DNA of 58,281 nt from Gammaproteobacteria bacterium (GTDB taxonomy: Bacteria > Pseudomonadota > Gammaproteobacteria > UBA9214). The position numbers were made by a program, and so were the translations under genes. This document shows positions 22,973-34,147 of this stretch, piece after piece (the first letter of the stretch is position 1; each line of letters starts with the position of its first letter). The stretch is taken from the NCBI GenBank assembly GCA_049667605.1, contig JBATIF010000204.1, positions 1-58,281 on the forward strand. Direction: 5' to 3'. The notes below the pieces were generated by a model. That model had not been told where the DNA came from and did no database searches. It saw only the letters and a program-made list of their open reading frames with translations.

Positions 22973-24066
22973 GCAGCCATGCTCTCATGGGGCAGGGCCT
23001 CCTCGATGAGAGCCCCGCCCAGGCACTCGTCGTTGTCATAAAAGACAACCGACTGCCCGGGCGTGACTGCACGCTGGGGGAGCTCAAAACTGACGCTGCA
23101 GGATGTTTGCTGCTTTATGGTGACAGTGCAGCGCTGCAATGCCTGCTGATGGCGAATGCGCGCCATGCAAACCAGGGATGCCGGTGACGGGTCTGCGGCT
23201 ATCCAGTGTAACTGGCTGGCGCGTAATCCCTGTTTGAAGAGCGCCGGGTGGTTAACGCCCTGCACGACCCGCAGAATATTGGATTCGATCTCTTTGCCGG
23301 CGACATACCAGGGTTCTGCGGTAGCGGATTTGCGTCCGCCGATACCCAGTCCCTGGCGTTGCCCGATGGTATAGAACATCAGGCCGTCATGTGTGCCAAT
23401 GACTTCATCCTCAAGGGTTCGTATTTCACCGGGATTCTTTTGCAGGTAGCGGGCGAGGAAGTCGCTGAAACGGCGTTCTCCTATAAAACAGATGCCGGTG
23501 CTGTCTTTTTTATCATGCACGGGGAGACCACACTCACGTGCCAGTTTGCGCACATCTGACTTCTGCATATCGCCAAGCGGAAACAGACTCTTGCCGAGTT
23601 GTTCCCTGGAAAGGCGATGTAGAAAATAGGTTTGATCCTTGTCGGCATCGACCCCCCTGAGAAGGCGGATACGCGGATCTTTTTCGATACGTGCGTAATG
23701 ACCCGTGGCGATGAAGTCGGCCCCGCGTCCGATGGCATGGTCTAGAAATGCCCTGAACTTGATTTCACGGTTGCAGATGATGTCAGGACTGGGGGTCCGC
23801 CCGGCCTCGTATTCATCAAGAAACTGCCTGAACACCCGATTCCAGTATTCAGCAGAGAAACTGACTGTATGCAGTTCGATATCAAGTTTTTCGGCTATTG
23901 CGCGTGCATCCGCCAGGTCCTCTTCGGCAGGGCAATAATCGGCTTCATCTTCCTCATCCCAGTTCTTCATGAAGACGCCACTGACATCATGTCCCTGCCG
24001 CTTCAGCAGCAGCGTGGCAACGGCGGAATCAACACCGCCGGATAATCCCATGATGATCCTGCTCAT
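22969..24066 (-). CDS. mnmA: tRNA 2-thiouridine(34) synthase MnmA
   Basis: The PP-loop GLSGGVDSAV is present. Catalytic Cys contexts are also present (ICNREIKF, STGICFIGER). ATG at 24066 gives 365 aa. The ORF is open further upstream. Confidence 0.95.
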   Translation of the reverse strand: MSRIIMGLSGGVDSAVATLLLKRQGHDVSGVFMKNWDEEDEADYCPAEEDLADARAIAEKLDIELHTVSFSAEYWNRVFRQFLDEYEAGRTPSPDIICNREIKFRAFLDHAIGRGADFIATGHYARIEKDPRIRLLRGVDADKDQTYFLHRLSREQLGKSLFPLGDMQKSDVRKLARECGLPVHDKKDSTGICFIGERRFSDFLARYLQKNPGEIRTLEDEVIGTHDGLMFYTIGQRQGLGIGGRKSATAEPWYVAGKEIESNILRVVQGVNHPALFKQGLRASQLHWIAADPSPASLVCMARIRHQQALQRCTVTIKQQTSCSVSFELPQRAVTPGQSVVFYDNDECLGGALIEEALPHESMAA

Positions 24067-24686
24067 TCCGGCTGGTCGCCCGGGTCCCAGCCTTTCTTCC
24101 ATGCCGACAGTTCTATGATGGCCGGCGGCACACCATTGTCGAAGAACCATGAATCGACTGCATAACGGGTATGCGTGTCGATTTCCTCGATGACTGCCGT
24201 TGTATGCGGCATTCCCGCAAAGATCCCGAATCGTGTCGAGCGCTCCTGCAGTTTGTGCCATTTCAAATAACCTGCTTTTTCGAGCATATACAGATACGTC
24301 GTGGAATTGGTTGATTCATCAATGCAGTCCATTTGCCCGGATCTGCCGAGGCCGCGCATGTTTTTACCCAGGTCCCTATAGGTGCCGGTTCGTCGCCCGA
24401 CAATTTCTTCCATGATAGCGATGGCTATAGCAATTGCGCCGCGTTCTTCCTCTGCAGAACCGGCCGGTTGTTGCAGCGGAGTAGAGATACGCCTCCATTC
24501 CTGTTCGCTAATCGAGAGGGTATCGACGCTGTGACAGCTATGATCAAAACATACAGAGAACCCCGCAAGTGTCGGTGTTTCGATGATCTCTTGTTCATCA
24601 TAGAGATCCTGGCTGAAGCTGTAGGCTGGCAACCGGGCCGGCCCCGCGAGAATCGCGATTGCAAGAACATATTTAACGATTTTCAA
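24063..24686 (-). CDS. hypothetical exported protein
   Basis: The 207-aa protein has an N-terminal signal-like segment (MKIVKYVLAIAILAGPARLPA). It overlaps mnmA (ATGA) and the nudix gene, so it is probably co-transcribed with them. No family is recognised. Confidence 0.55.
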   Translation of the reverse strand: MKIVKYVLAIAILAGPARLPAYSFSQDLYDEQEIIETPTLAGFSVCFDHSCHSVDTLSISEQEWRRISTPLQQPAGSAEEERGAIAIAIAIMEEIVGRRTGTYRDLGKNMRGLGRSGQMDCIDESTNSTTYLYMLEKAGYLKWHKLQERSTRFGIFAGMPHTTAVIEEIDTHTRYAVDSWFFDNGVPPAIIELSAWKKGWDPGDQPE

Positions 24687-25125
24687 TCTCGGTCCACAAA
24701 GTCAGTGGCCAGGCATGTCCAGCCAGGTAATCATCGATTGAGCGCATTACCATGGGGCTGCGCAGCCTGTGTTGCTGTTTTCTGATTTCCCCGGGACTGA
24801 GCCAGAGGGTGCGTTCGATACCCTCATCCAGCTGTATATCCGGATCTTGATGCAACCCCTGGCCCCTGAAGCTGACGCGCACGAAGGTCTCCCTGGTGTC
24901 GGGTTGGCGCCAGCGGTAGATGCCGATGATGGCCTCAGGTATGAAGTGCCAGGCTGTCTCTTCGAGTGTTTCGCGCACTACCGCGCCAAGCAGGGTTTCG
25001 TTGTCCTCGAGGTGCCCGGCCGGCTGGTTGTAAACCGATTGCCCTGCAATCTTTTCCTCTACCAGCAGGAAACGACCGGATTCTTCAATCACGGCGGCAA
25101 CGGTCAAGTGTGGCTTCCAAATCAT
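24673..25125 (-). CDS. NUDIX hydrolase (NudJ-like)
   Basis: The Nudix box is GHLEDNETLLGAVVRETLEETA. The position upstream of mnmA is as in enterics. Confidence 0.85.
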   Translation of the reverse strand: MIWKPHLTVAAVIEESGRFLLVEEKIAGQSVYNQPAGHLEDNETLLGAVVRETLEETAWHFIPEAIIGIYRWRQPDTRETFVRVSFRGQGLHQDPDIQLDEGIERTLWLSPGEIRKQQHRLRSPMVMRSIDDYLAGHAWPLTLWTEIENR

Positions 25126-25371
25126 GATAATTAATTCAATTAGTTATAATGTATTTGTAATATTATTTTTAAGATATGAGTCAATAACTATGGTTTTGGT
25201 ATCTTCCAATGATCAAAATCACGCTACTCGCACAATGCGAATGGTTCCCATATACTTCGCAACTCATTAAAGGCGCTAGGGTTAGCTGAGCTATCGAAGG
25301 CAACACCTCATCGCTTCAATGTAACATAGATAAAACCAACTATTTTATAAGAGCGTCTGGAGGAAACAACT

Positions 25372-26289
25372 ATGATAGCCGTGTTAAGAAATACACTAAT
25401 AGCAGCATCCCTATTAATACTTTCAGCAAATAGTGCCCTGGCAGAAGAAATTCTGATGCCGTTCGTCCTTGCCTACACAAGCAGCAGTGATGTCAGTTCC
25501 GTGGCAACTGAAGTCAAGTCAAAGCTCACGGCGGCTGGTTTTGAAATCGTCGGTGAATATTCACCCTATGGTGATGCTGACATCATCGTTGTCACCAGTA
25601 ATGCGCTCAAGAACCATGCTGCAAAATCCGATTTCGGCGCCTATGGTGCTGCACAGCGCGTGTCGGTTACCAGGAATGGTGACATGACTGAAGTCGTCTA
25701 CACCAACCCGGTTTACATGGCAGCAGCCTACCGTATGGCCAGCGAGCTTTCTGATATTCGCGCCCAGCTTGAGGGCGCACTGGGTGCCGAGAAAGATTTC
25801 GGATCCGAGAAGAATCTCACCGCTGCCAAGCTACGGAAATTTCATTACACCGTGATGATGGAGTACTTCGATGATCCGAGTAAGCTGGCTGAATACGACA
25901 GCCAGGCAGAAGCGGTAAAGGCGGTGGAAGATTCACTGGCTGCCGGCCTCGGTAGTAGCTCAAAGGTTTACCGCATCGATATTCCCGGCAAGGATGAGAC
26001 TGTCTTCGGCGTTGCGCTGAAAGGCAAGAATGCCGATGACTGCAGTGGTGATGAGTTCATCATGTCCAGAATCGACAAGGCCAACCCGCGTTCAACAGCG
26101 CACCTGCCCTATGAAATCGTGGTCTCCGACGGTACGGCCTATGCACTGTATGCGCGTTTTCGCATCGCTATCAACTGGCCGCATCTGCCGATGATGGCAA
26201 GCGCAACCGGTGCGACGTTCATGAGCATCATGTGTTCTCCGGATGCTATCGAAGAAGCCCTGATCATGGCATCTGGTGAAGAGCCCTAG
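25372..26289 (+). CDS. hypothetical exported protein
   Basis: The 305-aa protein has a signal peptide (LLILSANSALA|EE), GGAGGA 8 nt upstream of the ATG, and a terminator downstream. The N-terminal part is faintly DUF302-like. Confidence 0.65.
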   Translation: MIAVLRNTLIAASLLILSANSALAEEILMPFVLAYTSSSDVSSVATEVKSKLTAAGFEIVGEYSPYGDADIIVVTSNALKNHAAKSDFGAYGAAQRVSVTRNGDMTEVVYTNPVYMAAAYRMASELSDIRAQLEGALGAEKDFGSEKNLTAAKLRKFHYTVMMEYFDDPSKLAEYDSQAEAVKAVEDSLAAGLGSSSKVYRIDIPGKDETVFGVALKGKNADDCSGDEFIMSRIDKANPRSTAHLPYEIVVSDGTAYALYARFRIAINWPHLPMMASATGATFMSIMCSPDAIEEALIMASGEEP

Positions 26290-26345
26290 GCATCAAAAGC
26301 TTGTCCGGGTAAACTCAAGACAAACGAAGACAAGCAAACAAACCA

Positions 26346-26374
26346 AAGCCCCTGCTCTTGCGGGGGCTTTTTTT
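26346..26374 (+). terminator. rho-independent terminator
   Basis: AGCCCC-TGCTCTTGC-GGGGCT hairpin followed by TTTTTTT. Confidence 0.8.
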
Positions 26375-26423
26375 CGGGTACAATCCCGTACTAAGTTAAT
26401 TAATCAACCAGGATTATTCACAG

Positions 26424-27677
26424 ATGTATGAAAATATTGTTGTTCCGGAGTCCGCTGAAAAGATACAGGTCAACGCTGATTTTTCCCTGCAGGTGCCTGA
26501 CCGGCCAATCATTCCCTATATAGAGGGTGATGGAATCGGCGTGGATATTACGCCTGTCATGCGCCATGTCGTCGATACTGTTGTTGCAAGCGCTTATGGT
26601 GGTACGCGGTCAATCGCCTGGATGGAGATCTATGCCGGTGAAAAGGCCAACGAGGTTTATGCCCCGGATACCTGGTTACCGCAGGAAACACTCGATGCTA
26701 TCCGTGACTTCAGTGTGGCGATCAAGGGCCCGTTGACCACCCCGGTCGGGGGTGGCATACGCTCACTGAATGTTGCGTTACGTCAGGAACTTGACCTGTA
26801 CTTGTGTCTCAGGCCGATACGTTATTTTGATGGCACGCCAAGCCCTGTCCGGCATCCGGAAAAGACAAACATGGTGATCTTCAGGGAAAACTCGGAAGAT
26901 ATCTATGCAGGCATTGAATGGCAGGCAGGTAGCGATGAAGTCAAAAAACTTATTGCTTTTCTGCAGGATGAAATGGGTGTTACCAAAATCCGCTTCCCGG
27001 ATTCTTCAGGTATCGGTATCAAACCGGTATCAGCAGAAGGAACCAAACGCCTGGTACGCAAGGCACTTCAGTATGCGGTTGACCAGGATCGTAGCTCAGT
27101 GACCCTGATTCACAAGGGTAATATCATGAAATTCACGGAAGGCGCCTTCAAAAGCTGGGGCTACGAACTCGCGCAGGACGAGTTTGGTGCAAAATTGATT
27201 GACGCCGGTCCCTGGTGTTCGTTTAAAAACCCTAAAACCGGTAATGAGATTATCGTCAAGGATGTTATTGCCGACGCTTTTTTACAACAGATCCTGTTGC
27301 GTCCAGCCGAGTACAGCGTCATCGCGACACTGAATCTCAATGGAGACTACATATCAGATGCCCTCGCTGCGCAGGTCGGTGGTATCGGAATGGCACCGGG
27401 TGCGAATCTCTCGGACTCGATTGCATTGTTCGAGGCCACTCATGGTACTGCGCCTAGCTATGCAGGCAAGAACCAGGTGAACCCGAGCTCGTTAATACTT
27501 TCTGCTGAAATGATGTTGCGCCATATCGGCTGGAATGAAGCGGCAGACAGGATTATTCGCGGTATTTCGGGTGCGATCGCTGCCGGCACGGTCACCTATG
27601 ATTTGCACCGATTGATGAAAGGGGCGACCAAGGTCAGTTGCTCTGCATTCGGTGATGCGATCATTGCCAACGCCTGA
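26424..27677 (+). CDS. icd: NADP-dependent isocitrate dehydrogenase
   Basis: The 417-aa protein has [19 protein letters not shown] and [17 protein letters not shown] motifs, as in the E. coli-type dimeric Icd. Confidence 0.95.
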   Translation: MYENIVVPESAEKIQVNADFSLQVPDRPIIPYIEGDGIGVDITPVMRHVVDTVVASAYGGTRSIAWMEIYAGEKANEVYAPDTWLPQETLDAIRDFSVAIKGPLTTPVGGGIRSLNVALRQELDLYLCLRPIRYFDGTPSPVRHPEKTNMVIFRENSEDIYAGIEWQAGSDEVKKLIAFLQDEMGVTKIRFPDSSGIGIKPVSAEGTKRLVRKALQYAVDQDRSSVTLIHKGNIMKFTEGAFKSWGYELAQDEFGAKLIDAGPWCSFKNPKTGNEIIVKDVIADAFLQQILLRPAEYSVIATLNLNGDYISDALAAQVGGIGMAPGANLSDSIALFEATHGTAPSYAGKNQVNPSSLILSAEMMLRHIGWNEAADRIIRGISGAIAAGTVTYDLHRLMKGATKVSCSAFGDAIIANA

Positions 27678-27704
27678 TCTAATCCCGCTCAACCAGGCAG
27701 ACAA

Positions 27705-27730
27705 ACCACACACTGGCTGTGTGGTCTTTT
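27705..27730 (+). terminator. rho-independent terminator
   Basis: ACCACACA-CTGGC-TGTGTGGT hairpin followed by a T-rich tract (CTTTTGCTTCCTTTT). Confidence 0.7.
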
Positions 27731-27992
27731 GCTTCCTTTTCAGGGTTTTCCGCCAGTCTTCATAGCGTGTTCGGGTAACTGCAAACACGCGCTGCAGGGC
27801 GCCGCTGCACTGGCAATAGCGGTTAGTAAATAATCTCCAGTACGGTTAAGTAAGCATCAAAAATGCCGATTGGAGTGTAATCACGCCCGTGCGAATTGAC
27901 GCCGAACGTCGATTTGATAGCGTCTGCAGCGTCTGTCTCATGGTAAAATAATCATATAGCTGGTATTTATGTAATATGAACCGGACGGAACG

Positions 27993-28319
27993 GTGATAAT
28001 GGCAAACGAACAGGAACACAGAAGCGATGAAGGGCTGGCCCTGGAAGAGGCCAAACCGAAACTACAAAAACCCTCGATGTATAAGGTTTTTTTACTGAAT
28101 GATGATTACACACCGATGGAGTTTGTCGTCGAGTTACTGGAAAAAATCTTTGGCATGGATCGTGAGAAGGCTACCCGCGTCATGTTGACGGTGCACTCAC
28201 ATGGAAAAGGCGTGTGTGGCATTTATACATTCGAGGTGGCGGAAACCAAAATTGCGCAGGTCAGCGAATATTCAGAGCGTCATCAACACCCGCTGCTTTG
28301 TAGTATGGAAGCGGTGTAG
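27993..28319 (+). CDS. clpS: ATP-dependent Clp protease adaptor ClpS
   Basis: [18 protein letters not shown] is the ClpS core. The start is GTG 27993 or ATG 27999. Confidence 0.95.
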   Translation: MIMANEQEHRSDEGLALEEAKPKLQKPSMYKVFLLNDDYTPMEFVVELLEKIFGMDREKATRVMLTVHSHGKGVCGIYTFEVAETKIAQVSEYSERHQHPLLCSMEAV

Positions 28320-28340
28320 GGTATCTCCGGGGGCTAATCC

Positions 28341-30596
28341 ATGTTGAGTAAGGAGCTTGAATTCACACTGAATCTCGCATTCAAGGAAGCGCGCGAGAAA
28401 AATCACGAATTCATGACAGTTGAACACCTGCTTTTTGCACTGCTGGGTAATCCTACTGCGGTCACCGTTTTGCGCGCCTGTGGCGCAGACCTGGACCTGC
28501 TTAAAAAAGAAGTCGGCAACTTTCTCGAGGAAACAACACCCAGGCTTTCGAAAGATGATACCCGGGAAACGCAACCCACCCTGGGATTCCAGAGAGTCCT
28601 GCAGCGTGCCGTGTTTCATGTTCAGTCATCAGACAAAACCGAGGTAACGGGCGCAAATGTTCTGGTCGCGATTTTCAGTGAACAGGAGTCGCAGGCCGTC
28701 TACTTTCTCAACAAGTCGGATATCACCCGGCTCGATGTCGTTAATTACATCTCCCACGGTATTTCGAAGGTGTATGACCAGCCCGAGGAAGACCTGGGTA
28801 ATGCAGATCAGGGCGAACTGCCCGATTCGACTGCCAAGCAGCCGCTGGAGAGTTTTGCAAGCAACCTGAATGAATTGGCTGCGCAGGGTCGCATCGACCC
28901 CCTGATAGGCAGACGGGATGAGATTCAGCGAACCATCCAGATTCTTTGTCGCCGTCGCAAAAACAATCCCCTGTTCGTAGGCGAGGCCGGCGTAGGCAAG
29001 ACTGCCCTGGCTGAAGGGCTGGCAAAGATGATCGTTGACGGAGATGTGCCCGAGGTCCTGTTAAACAGCACGATCTACTCCCTGGACATGGGTTCCCTGG
29101 TTGCCGGAACCAAGTATCGTGGTGATTTTGAAAAGAGACTGAAAGCCGTACTCGGGCAAATAAAGAAGGAGGAGGGTGCCATCCTCTTTATCGACGAGAT
29201 CCACACCATGATTGGTGCAGGTGCAGCATCCGGCGGTGTTATGGATGCCTCCAACCTGATGAAGCCCATGCTCGCAAGTGGCGATCTCAAGTGCATCGGT
29301 TCAACCACATACCAGGAGTACCGCGGAATCTTCGAGAAAGACCATGCCCTGTCCAGGCGTTTCCAGAAAATTGACATAAACGAGCCCAGTGTTGAAGAGA
29401 CCGTTACGATTCTTAAAGGCCTGAAATCCCGCTTTGAGGAATACCACAATGTTAAATACTCACCGCGCGCACTGCGCATCGCGGCTGAGTTGTCAGATCG
29501 CTACATCAATGACCGCCACCTGCCTGACAAGGCGGTTGACGTCATTGATGAGGCCGGGGCAAGTCAGCGCTTGCGGCCGGCATCAAAGCGCAAAAAGACG
29601 ATCGGGGTTGTCGATATAGAACATGTCATTGCCCAGATGGCCCGTATTCCTGAAAAATCAGTCTCCGCCTCTGACAAGGCTACGCTTGAAACCATGGAGC
29701 GTGATTTGAAAATGGTGGTATACGGCCAGGACCCTGCCATCGAGACCTTGACGGCAGCCATCAAAATGTCACGTTCCGGCCTTGGTAACAAAGACAAGCC
29801 TATCGGTTCATTTTTATTCGCCGGTCCCACCGGTGTAGGCAAGACAGAGGTGACCCGGCAACTTGCCAGGATTATGGGGCTGGAACTGGTGCGTTTTGAC
29901 ATGTCCGAGTACATGGAGCGGCACACGGTTTCACGCCTTATCGGCGCCCCCCCGGGCTATGTTGGCTATGACCAGGGTGGATTGTTAACCGAGGCCATTT
30001 CAAAAAATCCGCATTCGGTGCTGTTGCTTGATGAGATCGAAAAGGCCCATCCTGATGTTTTTAACCTGCTGTTGCAGGTTATGGATCACGGAGCGCTGAC
30101 CGATAACAATGGCCGCCAGGCAGATTTTCGTCATGTGGTGCTGGTAATGACGACCAATGCCGGTGCCCATGAGATGAGCCGCGCATCAATCGGGTTTACG
30201 CGCCAGGACCATTCATCGGATGCAATGGAAATTATCAAGAAGATGTTCACCCCGGAATTCAGAAATCGCCTTGACTCAATCGTGCATTTCAACGCCCTTG
30301 GCCCAAGCGTTATGGAGAAGGTGGTGGACAAGTTTATCTTCGAGCTGGAGGCGCAACTGCAGGAACAGCACGTCACGATTGAAGTAGATGAATCAGCGCG
30401 CCTGTGGCTGGCCGTACACGGTCACGATGAGAAAATGGGCGCGCGCCCGATGGCGCGTATCATCCAGCAACATATCAAGAAGCCGCTTGCCGATGAACTG
30501 TTGTTCGGCAGACTGGCCCATGGCGGACACGTGATCGTGCACCTGGAAGGTGCTGGCCTGGCATTCGAAATTCAGGAAAAAGAGACAGCGCACTGA
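28341..30596 (+). CDS. clpA: ATP-dependent Clp protease ATP-binding subunit ClpA
   Basis: A Clp N-domain is followed by two AAA+ modules ([16 protein letters not shown]). The length is 751 aa. Confidence 0.97.
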   Translation: MLSKELEFTLNLAFKEAREKNHEFMTVEHLLFALLGNPTAVTVLRACGADLDLLKKEVGNFLEETTPRLSKDDTRETQPTLGFQRVLQRAVFHVQSSDKTEVTGANVLVAIFSEQESQAVYFLNKSDITRLDVVNYISHGISKVYDQPEEDLGNADQGELPDSTAKQPLESFASNLNELAAQGRIDPLIGRRDEIQRTIQILCRRRKNNPLFVGEAGVGKTALAEGLAKMIVDGDVPEVLLNSTIYSLDMGSLVAGTKYRGDFEKRLKAVLGQIKKEEGAILFIDEIHTMIGAGAASGGVMDASNLMKPMLASGDLKCIGSTTYQEYRGIFEKDHALSRRFQKIDINEPSVEETVTILKGLKSRFEEYHNVKYSPRALRIAAELSDRYINDRHLPDKAVDVIDEAGASQRLRPASKRKKTIGVVDIEHVIAQMARIPEKSVSASDKATLETMERDLKMVVYGQDPAIETLTAAIKMSRSGLGNKDKPIGSFLFAGPTGVGKTEVTRQLARIMGLELVRFDMSEYMERHTVSRLIGAPPGYVGYDQGGLLTEAISKNPHSVLLLDEIEKAHPDVFNLLLQVMDHGALTDNNGRQADFRHVVLVMTTNAGAHEMSRASIGFTRQDHSSDAMEIIKKMFTPEFRNRLDSIVHFNALGPSVMEKVVDKFIFELEAQLQEQHVTIEVDESARLWLAVHGHDEKMGARPMARIIQQHIKKPLADELLFGRLAHGGHVIVHLEGAGLAFEIQEKETAH

Positions 30597-30612
30597 AGAG
30601 CGCTGGTCAGAA

Positions 30613-30831
30613 CTAGCGTGCCCGGTAAGTAATCCGGCCCTTGCTGAGATCGTACGGGGTTAATTCAACGGTGACCGTGTCGCCGCGCAAGATCCTTATA
30701 TAGTGCTTGCGCATCTTGCCTGAAATATGGGCCGTAACAATGTGGCCATTTTCCAGTTCGACCCGGAACATGGTATTGGGAAGGGTTTCGGTCACCGTTC
30801 CTTCCATCTCGATGTGTTCTTCTTTTGCCAT
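30613..30831 (-). CDS. infA: translation initiation factor IF-1
   Basis: The 72-aa product [30 protein letters not shown]... is near-identical to the canonical IF-1 pattern. The ORF is open 12 codons further upstream. Confidence 0.95.
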   Translation of the reverse strand: MAKEEHIEMEGTVTETLPNTMFRVELENGHIVTAHISGKMRKHYIRILRGDTVTVELTPYDLSKGRITYRAR

Positions 30832-30924
30832 AAGTGTCTGCAGTATCAGGTTTGGACTGGCGCGCATTATACCCGATATACCCCGTTTTAATATCCCCTG
30901 CAGCGTGGATAAGCGCTGATCACG

Positions 30925-31093
30925 CCAGGAGCCTGTCGGACTTGGGACTGATCTACTGCGCCGGCGGGACAGCGGCCCATTTTCCCGATCCTCCTCGTCA
31001 AATAGCTACGGCTATTCTCCTCGAACGATCGAAAAAATGACCTGGTTCTCCCACCCGGCTCGCTACGATCGCCCAAGTCCGACAAGCTCCTGG
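30925..31093. repeat. long-range imperfect inverted repeat; the right arm is the aat 3' end
   Basis: 30925-30946 (CCAGGAGCCTGTCGGACTTGGG) is the reverse complement of 31072-31093, which encodes the last aat codons, with one mismatch. Weaker similarity continues for about 20 more nt inward on both arms. Confidence 0.8.
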
Positions 31094-31821
31094 ACAAGAC
31101 TGATATCTGCATCCAGGCGCCAGCCGGGGATAGTAACCTGTGGGTGGCATTCCCGCTGCAGAATTTCGCAGAACTGCTGACGGGGCATCAAGGACGCCCC
31201 CAGGCTTTCCAGATGACTGGTGTGAACCTGGCAGTCGATCAGCGGGAAATCCCAGCGTTCCAGCTGGCGGGCCAGGGCTACAAAAGCGACCTTGGAGGCA
31301 TCAGTGACCTGGGTAAACATGGATTCGCCAAAAAATATCCGGCCAATAGACACTCCATAGAGGCCACCGGCAAGCTTGCCATTACACCAGCATTCCACCG
31401 AGTGGGCATAACCGGCCGTGTGTAAATCCGTGTAGGCTGACTGCATTTCAGCACTGATCCAGGTGCCCGCCTGATTCGGCCGCCGGCTGGAACAGGCCCT
31501 GATGACCTCGCTAAAGCAGCTGTCCATGGTGAGCGTAAACTTGCCCTGCCTGAGTGTCTTCCGCAGGCTGCGCGAGACTTTCAGCCTGGCGGGTTCAAGG
31601 ACCAGGCGCGGGTCAGGCGCCCACCACAAAATCGGTTGCTGTGGATCAAACCAGGGGAAGATGCCTCTTGAGTAGGCAAGTAGCAGCCGCTCCCTGGAAA
31701 GATCTCCGCCGATCGCCAGTAGACCGTTGGGTTCACGCAAGGCAAGCTTTACATCCGGAAAATCAATAACCGGGGCACCCGGGTCTATCCAGTAGGGTGC
31801 GTTGCCGTGGTGGCGGGTCAT
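31063..31821 (-). CDS. aat: leucyl/phenylalanyl-tRNA--protein transferase
   Basis: AYSRGIFPW, WISAEMQSAY and GESMF motifs are present. The position next to infA is as in enterics. Confidence 0.9.
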   Translation of the reverse strand: MTRHHGNAPYWIDPGAPVIDFPDVKLALREPNGLLAIGGDLSRERLLLAYSRGIFPWFDPQQPILWWAPDPRLVLEPARLKVSRSLRKTLRQGKFTLTMDSCFSEVIRACSSRRPNQAGTWISAEMQSAYTDLHTAGYAHSVECWCNGKLAGGLYGVSIGRIFFGESMFTQVTDASKVAFVALARQLERWDFPLIDCQVHTSHLESLGASLMPRQQFCEILQRECHPQVTIPGWRLDADISLVQELVGLGRS

Positions 31822-32978
31822 GCGGGATTCCCTGCAGCAGTCTTTCGAAACGGTGAAGTGCCTGACAGCTCGTTGGCATAATCGACCACCATTTCATGCT
31901 CCTGCTGCAGGTAGCGCTCAATCACCGGTCTGAAGTCCTCATCCTGTACCCAGTGTGCAGACCAGGTAAGGGTCGGTAAAAAGCCGCGACTTATTTTATG
32001 CTCGCCCTGGGCGCCCGGCTCAAACAGGCCAAGGCCATGTTTGATGCTGTAGTCAATTCCCTGGTAGTAACAGGTTTCGAAGTGCAGGCTGTGGTAGTCC
32101 TGCAGGCACCCCCAATGCCGTCCATAAAGAGCATCATCGCCACGCAGCATGATAGCGCCTGCAACTGCGCGGTTTCTCAGGCTGGCAAAAACCAGCACAA
32201 CCTGGTCACCCATGGTGCGACTGATCTCGTGAAAAAAACCCATTGACAGGGTCGGGATACCCGACTTCTTTTCAAACGTTGTCCGGTAGAAATGATGCAT
32301 GATCTCCCACTGTTGCTCTGTCGCCTTGCTGCCATGCACGATCGACATCTGAATGCCGGCTTCCTCGACATGGCGGCGTTCACGCTTGATTTTCTTGCGC
32401 TTGCGGGACGTCATTTCCGAGAGGAATTCCTCGAAGTTACGGTAGCCACGGTTGGTCCAGTGGAAATGACAACCGGTGCGCCGCATCAGGCCATGTTCAA
32501 CCAGCGTATCAGTGTCACGTTTATCGGTAAACAACCAGTGCAACGACGATGCCTGGCTGGTTTCGGTCAGTGACAGCGCTGCTTCAATTAACGCATTGAC
32601 CACAGCGTCGCGGTTTGCACCGGGATCCACCAGCAGCCTCGGGCCGGTAGCAGGTGTGTAGGGAATTGCCGCCACCAGCTTTGGATAATAGGATTTGCCG
32701 GCACGCTGCCAGGCATCGGCCCAGGCCCAGTCAAAGACAAATTCACCGTAGGAATTATCCTTCTGATAAAGGGGTACCAGTCCTGCCAGTTTACCGTCGT
32801 CGTCGTAGGCAGCAAGATGCCGGGGTAGCCAGCCAAACTGTTCACCGACGCATTGTTGCTGTTCCAGCGCAGCAAGAAATTCAAAGCGCAGGAAAGGATT
32901 CCCGGTGCCGGCCACACGATTCCACTGCGTTGCAGGAATGTCTCTAATCTGCTGGATGACGGCTGTATGCATGAACAA
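31818..32978 (-). CDS. GNAT/FemAB-like N-acetyltransferase family protein (DUF482 type)
   Basis: The 386-aa protein has NPFLRFEFLAALEQ near the N-terminus and a C-terminal GNAT-like half. There is an ATGA overlap with the aat start. Confidence 0.7.
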   Translation of the reverse strand: MFMHTAVIQQIRDIPATQWNRVAGTGNPFLRFEFLAALEQQQCVGEQFGWLPRHLAAYDDDGKLAGLVPLYQKDNSYGEFVFDWAWADAWQRAGKSYYPKLVAAIPYTPATGPRLLVDPGANRDAVVNALIEAALSLTETSQASSLHWLFTDKRDTDTLVEHGLMRRTGCHFHWTNRGYRNFEEFLSEMTSRKRKKIKRERRHVEEAGIQMSIVHGSKATEQQWEIMHHFYRTTFEKKSGIPTLSMGFFHEISRTMGDQVVLVFASLRNRAVAGAIMLRGDDALYGRHWGCLQDYHSLHFETCYYQGIDYSIKHGLGLFEPGAQGEHKISRGFLPTLTWSAHWVQDEDFRPVIERYLQQEHEMVVDYANELSGTSPFRKTAAGNPA

Positions 32979-33007
32979 ACATCAGCTTGGCTGATGCCGG
33001 ACTGTTT

Positions 33008-34012
<1,005 letters not shown>

Positions 34013-34147
34013 TTAACTGATAGCTGATGACACTAAAACGGCCAGGCCAGAAAGGTTGTATTCACAGACAGGGCATCCAGTGGTTGGTTCCGGATGAGGG
34101 ACCAGGCAAATGCGAATGGTACGGAAGTTGGGAGATAGGGTAAAGCC

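Noticed and set aside
25136-25170. Possible dif (XerCD) site because of ...TTATAATGTATTTGTAATATTA...
   Set aside because: Only the central ATAATGTAT matches the gammaproteobacterial dif consensus (GGTGCGCATAATGTATATTATGTTAAAT). The conserved XerD arm TTATGTTAAAT is absent. A partial match like this is expected by chance in an AT-rich tract.
27678-27992. 315-nt gap before clpS as a possible sRNA locus
   Set aside because: Apart from the icd terminator at 27705-27730, I found no second terminator-like structure or recognisable RNA family. It is most simply the clpS promoter and leader.
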